A stretch of DNA of 64,000 nucleotides, taken from contig OZ024741.1 of assembly GCA_964016885.1 (NCBI GenBank), forward strand, positions 99,510,001 through 99,574,000. The letters run 5' to 3'. Position 1 is the first letter of the stretch, and each line of letters opens with the position of its first letter. This document shows, one piece after another, positions 54,993 through 64,000 of this stretch. The notes under the pieces are model-generated. The model was not told where the DNA came from. It was given only the letters and a program-made list of their open reading frames with translations, and made no database searches. This stretch comes from Eledone cirrhosa. Lineage: Eukaryota. A program made the translations under genes and the position numbers.

Positions 54993-56287
54993 ACTAGGAG
55001 CCCTATCATTAAACACCCTAAGAGATGCAACTTTATACGCAGCTGGCGGATGTAAGCCGTAACAACAACAACAACAACAATACACGCATATTTGTGTGTA
55101 TGTATGATTGTTAAAATTAACCATTATTCCATGGTATCCATTATTCAAAACAAAGAAATCGGGATCATGTTTCTTTTTCATGAGTATTTGATTGATTACC
55201 GGAGCTGATGGTCTGATTACACACACGCACGCACGCACACGCACACACGCACGCACACGCACACGCACACATGCGCGCACAAGCATTGATTCTCTGTCGA
55301 TCTCTGACTTTGTTTCCCTCTCTGTCTCGCTCTACTTTTAATGTAATTTTAATAAGCCATTAAAGGAAAGGGCATTTGCCCCCAATGGGTCTAGCACCAC
55401 CTCACAATTTTGTTTCGGGTTCACGGGATCGATCGATCGATGTTTAGAATATCAGTAAAATACAAAATTTTGTAGAAAAAAAAAAGTGGCCTTTTTAATT
55501 TTTTCTGGGAGGGACCAAAATGCGACGAAAAGTGTCGTCAGATGGAGCCAGTGAAGGGGGAGAATATAGAAATACATAAGGGAAGATATATTGTTTATTC
55601 TAAAGTCAACCCTGATTGTTGAGCAGACCTATGATCAAAGACATTCCAATCATGATCAACCCTTTGATTTCAGTAATAGAGTATTCAGGTCTAACTTATC
55701 ATCCAATGTGTCCTCAAGACGGTTGTTGTGTTATTCGGAGAAGAGGGAGATTAGGCTGCTGTTTCTAGCAGGTTCAATAACCTCGTAGAGGCTCTGTCGT
55801 TTGAATCGAAAAGATGTATTTTATCTTTTCTGGAGACCATTCATAGCTTGGGGTTAGGTCGACGACTGATTTGGAGGCTAATTACGGGTTTCTTAAAGGG
55901 GTTTTGAGTATCATGAATACACTGGTGAGAGCGTTGATGACCAATGATACTGCGTAATGTTTGCCGTGGAACAACAGAAAGAAATTTTATGAGAGAATCG
56001 ACGATGTTCTGGGAAGGAATGTCTGAGTGAAGTAGTTAGTGCAGTGCCTGGAGGAGATCACACGCTATAGGGCAAGGGTGCCAAATTTTAGGTAGCATGA
56101 GCCTGACCAGCCAGTCGGCTCCGAGGGGGTGACAGTTAAAAAGCATGTTTATTGTCCAGAGTATGTTTGGTGAGCGACTTCATACCAATCAGTGAAGTGA
56201 CCTATTAGATGTGGAACAAGAGGTTGATGGTTCGTGACGCTGTATTGTGTTCATCATCAAGACCCTCAGCACACACGAGTCGACTCC

Positions 56288-56288
<1 letters not shown>

Positions 56289-56363
<75 letters not shown>
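56289..56363. repeat. (TA)n microsatellite
   Basis: Directly visible. Confidence 0.97.
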
Positions 56364-56365
<2 letters not shown>

Positions 56366-56366
<1 letters not shown>

Positions 56367-56538
56367 GGTGGTGGATTGGCAGTATCGGTAGAGGGTCGGA
56401 CGCCATGCTTTGACGCCATTCTGAGGTCAAATCCCGCCGAGGTTAACTTTGCCTTTCATCCTTACGGGGTCGATAAAATAAAGTACCAGTAATGTACTGC
56501 GTTATTGCTGGCCTTGTGCCTAAAGTAGAAACAATTAT
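56366..56538 (+). mobile_element. SINE family A young copy inserted in (TA)n
   Basis: Matches 35714 and 36987 with a ~20-bp internal deletion; TA runs on both sides. Confidence 0.85.
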
Positions 56539-57192
56539 ATATATATATATATTGTAGGTATCGCAGCATGGTATATTTCGCTTTGGTCTCAAGACCCGGC
56601 GCCACTGCCCGTAATGGCCGAAATTTGTCGAACCCCCTTCATCTTCGTGTCGGTCTCCGGGTGAGCATCCTGCGAGAGGAAGATGGAATGGCTAATATAT
56701 GCAGCGGTAATGTTTCAGACCGGCCCGTGCTCTTCTAGGTGAATTTGGTAGATGGAGACTATAAGGAAGGTCCGTAATATATAATAATTGTGTGTGTACG
56801 CGAATATATGTGAGTGTGATATTTAAAATTCTCGTTTTCCACGCATGCACATTTGGAAATTATGACCCAAGTGAACTGAAATCGGGCAAACAGCTCATGT
56901 AACTGATGTCGCTATCGGAATCGTTAGTTAGCCTGTTAAATATGAAATTTATTGATTGCTTAGATATATACATATACGCGCATGTACACAGGCACATTCT
57001 GTCTGTGTGTATGTGTGTTTTTGTCATTGCTTTTACGTCCACTTTTCCATGGTGGCATGGGTTGGACGGGATGTTTTGGGACAATGTTTTACAGCTGAAT
57101 GTCATTCCTGGCACCAACTCTTTTCGTCGCCCCTTGCGACATAAAGAGACATAGTCTACCTATTCTAAAAACCGGGGACACGGACACACGCA

Positions 57193-57248
<56 letters not shown>

Positions 57249-58017
57249 ATGCACACATTTACATACTAAAACATTTTGATAGAAAGAAATTGAAATGCAC
57301 AATGTATCAATATAAGTATTTAAAGTCAATACCCCTCACACACACATACACCATCGCCATCACGAAAGATTGATCTGGAAACATTTAAACGCGCACATAT
57401 ACACTCAATCATAGACACAGATTCAAGTCCGTTCACTTCCTCATAGACACTTATAGTTCGAATTATATCACACACCAGTACTCTCCGGTCTGTGTTTGTA
57501 GGAACCCAAAGGGATCGCGAAAATATTAGAGATTGGAGGGCTCATCAAAAGTGTTTCTACAAGTTTCGACAATAAACTTGGACAGATTTTTTTTATAACA
57601 TTCTAAATAAACCTTCTACTTAACTTTATATTTGTCTTTTCGTGAAATAGCTTAGTTTTCTTTTTATTTAAAGGTCCTTTATGGGTCTCTCACTAATAAT
57701 TGGGGTCCGTATTGTCAAAAGAGTGGTTGCAGACCATTGTCCTGAACAACTACGAATGTTTATAGCCAACAAGGAATCTTCAACGATAGTGAAGTGATTC
57801 TCAACCCTTTCGTTTACTGTATTTCGACATTTAACCCTTTATTCACATACAGATACACGGGCGCCCGCACACATTCACACATACACATATATGTAAAATT
57901 CCAACGATAGCCAGGGCAAATCATCCGACAATGGGGCCATAACTGATTAAGAAAAGCTGTAATGGGTAGAGTAGGATTGTGGACATTTGCTACTGCAGTC
58001 GAATTATGATGATATAT

Positions 58018-58173
<156 letters not shown>

Positions 58174-61100
58174 CCCCCCCCGTTCGTTGTCTTGTCCTCT
58201 CTTTGTTAATTTTTTAATTTTGTGTATATATATATATATATATTCTCATACACCGCATTCATGTATTACGAGCAAATTACATAGAGTGCATAAGATTGAG
58301 ATTCAACGAGAAAACTTAAAATAAAACATAGGGAACGAACACACGTACACATGCTGCAAGCATTTCGACTGAGCGCGCGGTGTGATTCATGCACACACAC
58401 ACACGTACGTGACAGTGTCAATTATAGACGATATCAGTGAACAGTAAAGTAGTGCGGTGAAATGAAAACTTTATACAAAGTATTCAGTATGCTTTCTCCA
58501 TGTACCCGAGTTCAAATCCCGCCTGAGTCCACTTTGCGTTTCATTCCTTCTGCGTCGGTAAAACAAATAGCAATCACGTTCTAAGATCGATGACATCGAC
58601 TACACACCTCTTCCAAAAAGTTCGTCGTTCTTGTGTCTAAGATAGAAATAAAAATGTTATTCTTTAGGCACAGGTCAGCTCTGACCAAACTAGTCTCTTA
58701 TGAAAGGCATTCCTGCCATGACCACTCCCTCTTTTACCCAGGGAATCCAGGACCACATCCAACGTGACTTTTCTTAGACGGTAGCTGGGAAATTTGGCTG
58801 CTTTTTAAAAACAGTTTGAACGACCACACTAGCTCCAGCAGGGACGGCGAATGACAAAACCGGTAGAGAGAGAGAGAGAGAGAGAGCTGCGAATACATCT
58901 TGCAGTATTTGGTTACATAGTTTTACGTTGTGAGTTCAAATCATGCCAAAGTAGTTTTTTTTTTTTTTTTAACTGATTAGTTGCTGAGTTGGATTTAATC
59001 GCATAAATTCCCTCTACACAAACAAACAAAAAGAATCATGTTGCCTTATGGCCTGTGATAGTAACATTTCTGAAATTAAATACCAGTAATAAAATCGGGT
59101 TGATATAATTAACATGCCCCACTGTATTTATAGTAGAAATTTAGTACTTCTCTGTATTTGTGGAGTCGAACAAAATGCCTCGTGTTATTTAGTTATGACT
59201 CTTTATGTTCTGAGTACCAGTCATGAACTGGGGTTAACTCATTCAACTTTGCCCTTCCTCTAAAATCTCATGGCCTTATGCTAGAAACAATTACTCTCTC
59301 TCTTGGCACTAGTCAGTACTGGACCTCTGAATATCCTTTTCCAATCGTCTCGTCCCTCCTTAAAATTTAGATCCGGACCCCGGTTCTGATTGCAGGGTTT
59401 GTTGTTGTCGCCCTGGGCTAGACGGAAACCCATGCTTACAAGCCCCGGCTCTCCTGTATGTAGTTCACACGTACTGTATATAATTCGCTCTTAATTTATT
59501 TAGACTATAGATAGGAGACCGTTTTAGCATCAGGTACAAATTGCAAGTGTTTAAGAACCTGTTTCTTTTATGTCTGCAACTTATATGAAATTACTGTTTT
59601 GATCTTGAGGCTTAACACCATTTCGTTTGATCATATGGGTTATTAGTGGCTTAGTCAGTGGGCGGTTTCAAACTTGAATATGAGTGAGCACTTCGCGAGA
59701 GTCCCAGGTCAATGAGATCTTTAAGAAAAGATATTCTAGTCGCGATATTTTATTCAGACAGTATTAAAAAAAAAAAAAATTTATCTTATGTGTGCGTGTC
59801 CCATTTTTTAAAGACGGTTGTGTGATTTGAAAGCGACTTATCTACTGCTATTTCTAGCAAGCCGAATGACCATGTGGTCACTCGATGCTGTTAATTTATT
59901 TAATCGAAATGTCAGTTTAAATAGTTTCCCGTACATTTATATGAAAATACACGTTAAGAAGAAATGAATTTAAAAGAAATAAATTAAAAAATCGTGATCT
60001 ATCAAAAAGCAGCGATCGAAGTTAACTACTGCATGTAGCAGTAAGGCAATTTTCAAAAACCATTTTCGTATTTGCCGCCAAAATTATCGACGGATTTTTC
60101 TGTGGTTGGTTTTAAAATATTCTTAGTTGTGACTTTGTGATAAACTTATTGGTTTGTTTGTTATTGTGTAACTGAGATCAGAGCTAATCGTAAGCAGTCG
60201 CTTTTTTCAAGATGACAGGAAAATAGTTGCAGTGGTGTTTCGCTGCTAATTCTAGCAAGGTTAGCTACTGCACAGGAACTCCTACTCAACTCGTTTGGTG
60301 TATGGCTTCATGATTGAATGAGGAGAAAAAAGATTGGTTTGAATTGATAATCTGTGGATGAAAACCATCATCTCTGTACAACCGACTCGCACACACAAAC
60401 ACATTTTCTTTCCTCTTCTGAGTGTGAATGGGCAATTTATCTCTTTTCGTATTAAAATCTTAATCGTTCTACATCTAAATTATAATAAATACAGTTTCTA
60501 TTGTGACCTGTATGATCTGTCTGTCTACCCAACTCATAGTTCCATTCAATGTGTGCATGTATTGTTTTGGTCAATCTAATTAGGAATGTGTGTCCAGTGT
60601 ATGTTCAGCTGTCCAGTAATTATTTCCCTTAGCCAACTTCACAAGCAAGGGGGCATCATTGTACTGTTCGTTTATTCATTCTCTTCTAGTTCTATTGTTT
60701 GTCACTGTTTGTTCTTGTTCCTTCCCCTGCCACATTCTTCGTGTTTTTGTCTTCTACAGAAACGAAATGGCGGAATGAATAACATGCATTGTTGGACTAT
60801 TGGCTCGTAAGCTCGCGAGTTCAAAACCACTGCAGGCGTTTCGTTAAGTTTCTGTACAGAACATTTTATACTAGTGATTCAAAAAATGTGTACTACCCTC
60901 CACACACACAAACCCTTTTCCAGGGCGCTGGGAGACTCAAGAGGGACAGTGGAAGGAAAGGGGGTAGCCGTTAGAAGATGAGGAATAAAGGGGCCAAGAA
61001 TGCAAATGAATAGAAGCTCATAAAACTGCCATTTATTAAATAACAAAGTATCCAATAAATACTTAAATCATTTTTTTTTAATTATTAAAATTTTATTTTC

Positions 61101-61421
61101 AATTTATGATTTTTTTATCAACATCACTGAAGAAATATAATCTCTAAAAATGGGGCTGTGGTTTAAAAATATATTTATGTATATTACTTTAATTGTATAT
61201 TAATACAAGGACGATTTACTTTAATTGTATATTAATACAAGGACGATTTGTTGATTGGTGACGCGCGTTTCGCTATTGATCAGCTCAAGGTTCGATCTGG
61301 CTTGACTCTGGAAACAAAAGCTCGTCGGACCTCTGCTGTTGTAATGACAGAATGTGAATGTGAACCTAAACATCGAGTGCTCACCTGGGTGAACCTACAG
61401 TAACTTCGTTACACTCTCTGG

Positions 61422-61452
<31 letters not shown>

Positions 61453-61747
61453 GTTCATATAGTTATCAGAAATAAGGTACCAGGCCATCCATTGGCTGCG
61501 ATAGTTTCCAGACCCATCGAGATTTATCGGCACCGAAACAGTTAAGCACAAAGGAGCAGAATGTATTTGTTATTTTTAAACATTACTAAACCTAACTACT
61601 GACATTAGTTACATAGTTTCTTTCATGTATTTCATTGTATTTCTTATATTTCTCTCCCCTGCGAAGGTGGCAAACACTCAACAAACTTGATATGTTTGTT
61701 TGAAAATGTTTGAAAGTCACATCTTCTGCTGTAGTGGTCATCATAGG

Positions 61748-61917
61748 CAGTGCCGGATTTACCACTTTGCTTAGGTGTGCTTAAGCACAGGACCTCGTTG
61801 GCTGGGGTGGGGTTGGAGCATCTGCCAAAAATTATATTTTTACTTCCTCCAGGGCCCAAGTAAGGGGCCTCATAACTTAACTAACACAGTTCTTCATTTG
61901 TCCTAAATCCGGCACTG
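61748..61917. mobile_element. 170-bp hAT MITE
   Basis: Perfect 14-bp TIR CAGTGCCGGATTTA / TAAATCCGGCACTG; 8-bp flanks ATCATAGG / GTCATAAG (6/8 identical). Confidence 0.88.
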
Positions 61918-62091
61918 GTCATAAGTGAATAAGGATGACCATGTCACCGGCTGCCAAATAGCTCTGATGACCAAATGTTAAGTAATCCACTCTGCCATAT
62001 TAGTGTTTTTATGTTAAATATACCTATTTCTCTACCTCAACACCTTTTACTTATACATGAATATATACCCAGGTATTTAAAGACGTGTGTT

Positions 62092-62398
62092 AGTCCTCCG
62101 TCGGCTCTGACAGCCAGTGTTCCAGTTGTTCAAACTACGGAACAACATACTCACGAAGCATTCTCATAGGCATTTGCACCCTTATCGTAGTTTTCAGGGA
62201 GATTCAGCGTGAGACACAGTGACAAGGCTGAATTACATATACAACTCATTTGTGCTATCTGAGTGGACTGGAGCAACGTGAATTACTTAACGACACTATG
62301 CGAGGTATATTACTTAACGACACTATGCGTCGACGGGAATCGAACTCATGACCATACGATTATCATCCCAACATCCTAACCACTAAGCTACGCGCCTT
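62092..62398 (-). mobile_element. SINE family B copy
   Basis: Ends GGGAATCGAACTCATGACC and CCTAACCACTAAGCTACGCGCC (reverse tRNA head); GAGATTCAGCGTGA and GAGTGGACTGGAGCAACGTGAA core. Confidence 0.8.
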
Positions 62399-62876
62399 CC
62401 ACAATTAAAACTATGTGGCCAATAATAGTTAGATGACGAATTTGAAGAGTCGTTATAGCGTCGGATTAAATGCCTCTTGAGTTCATATCTTGCTGAACTC
62501 AACTTCCCGGGTCGATAAATAAAGTCCAGGGATTAAGAACCAAGGCATTTAATTTGACGCCTTAACGACTCTACCAATTCGCCACTTATAAAACTATTTT
62601 ACATACCCGCTTTAAGGTATGAGGGAGAAGGGATGGTAGGTGTGCTGACGAATATCACGACAGATCTAGGAGAGAGAAAATGTACTGAGGATTGGACACC
62701 CAAAAATAATGAAATTTAGCTTGCATGAACGACTCGGGTTTCTCGTGTCTGTAACTGGAGCTGGTGTGTCCTTGTAAATAACTTTTTAGGTTTCACTGGT
62801 CAAATAACTTTACTGTTGTCTGGTCATACTCCCTTAGCTTTCTCTCACTCTTGCATATTTTCAACTCAGGCAAACA

Positions 62877-63305
62877 CCCCCCCTCTCTCTCCCCCCCTCT
62901 CTTTCTCTTTCCCTATCCCCCCCCCCCCCCTCAATCTCTCTTTCCCTCTCTCTCTCCCTTTCCTCTTTCCCTCTCTCTCTCCCTTTCCTCTTTCCCTCTC
63001 TCTCTCCCTTTCCTCTTTCCCTCTCCCTTTCCTCTTTCCCTCTCTCTCTCCCTTTCCTCTCTCCCTCTCTCTCTCCCTTTCCTTCTCTCTTTCCCTCTCT
63101 CTCTCCCTTTCCTCTTTCCCTCTCTCTCTCCCTTTCCTTCTCTCTCCCTTTCCTTCTCTCTCCCTTTCCCTCTCTCTTTCCCTCTCTCTCTCCCTCTCTC
63201 TCTCCTTCTCTCTTTCCCTCTCTCTCTCCTTCTCTCTTTCCCTCTCTCTCTCCCTTTCCTTCTCTCTCTCTCTCTCTCCCTTTCCTTCTCTCTCTCTCTC
63301 TCTCT
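62877..63305. repeat. ~430-bp polypyrimidine compound repeat (unit ~CCCTCTCTCTCTCCCTTTCCTCTTT)
   Basis: Almost exclusively C/T on the + strand. Confidence 0.95.
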
Positions 63306-64000
63306 ACACTTTTTTCTTGTATTTATTCACTTACAAACCTCCTTTACCAACCCCTTTCGTTCTTAAATACTCTAAAGTAGATATTAAGTATTATATACTA
63401 AATGTGGATTTATAGTATTAAACACTACTAAAATGGTCTGTTTTATGACTTTAAATCCACGGAGTGACAGACGGTGAGATGCTATAAACACATCGATATT
63501 AGGACTCTTAGGGATGAAAACTGAATTGATTGTAGATTAGCGTTGTGTTTTATAGGTTGCTACGAGGACAGACGTAGTTAAGTGGTTTAGAAGTTCCAGG
63601 TTCAGTTCCTCTCCGTGGTACTTTAAGCCGATGTCTTGTAATACGCCCCCAGTGAAATTTACATGGCGGAAACTGTGCAGATAAGTGTGTTTATGTTTGA
63701 AGATATTACTGCTATCGCTTGCAGTTCTGTGATATATAATGGAAATCGAGAAACAGGAAAAAGCTCCAGTACTTCATGAGCAGTGCTGCACTGGACACAG
63801 ACATTTAAGAACGGATTAAAACCCTGCAACACTTGCTTCCCAGGAAAACTATATCATCTGATATAAAATGCACGAGATAATATAGACTTGTCAAAATATA
63901 CACCCAAATTATTCCTTGAGAATGTCATAGAGAGATCCTCATTTCCCTGATTCATGACAAGTGAAATTACGATTTAAATTACTTAGTCATCTTATTACCG

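Noticed and set aside
61184-61248. 32-bp direct duplication (similar short ones at 34884-34920 and 62283-62329)
   Set aside because: Ordinary two-copy slippage duplications with no further structure.

Overview
AT-rich, repeat-dense eukaryotic (animal) genomic DNA. The SINE families and microsatellite load resemble cephalopod (Octopus-like) sequence; this is recall, not a database result. No complete protein-coding gene is supported, and nearly all ORF-track entries are repeat artefacts. The dominant feature is a ~19.6-kb compound-triplet tandem array (14.9-34.6 kb). Its 45-bp unit reads ITVATTTTVAATTAT on +, it shows nested higher-order duplications, and one frame stays open for 12 kb. Other contents: a 69-bp and a 43-bp minisatellite, each abutted by a fragment of the same RTE-like LINE, one with a twin-priming 5' inversion; two non-autonomous Helitrons with canonical ends plus a PIF1-helicase remnant; hAT and Tc1/mariner MITEs; at least three SINE-like dispersed families; and a candidate gene 5' end (Inr-like start, non-coding exon, signal-peptide exon) at 40.2-42.0 kb. 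No CRISPR or prokaryotic-type system is present.
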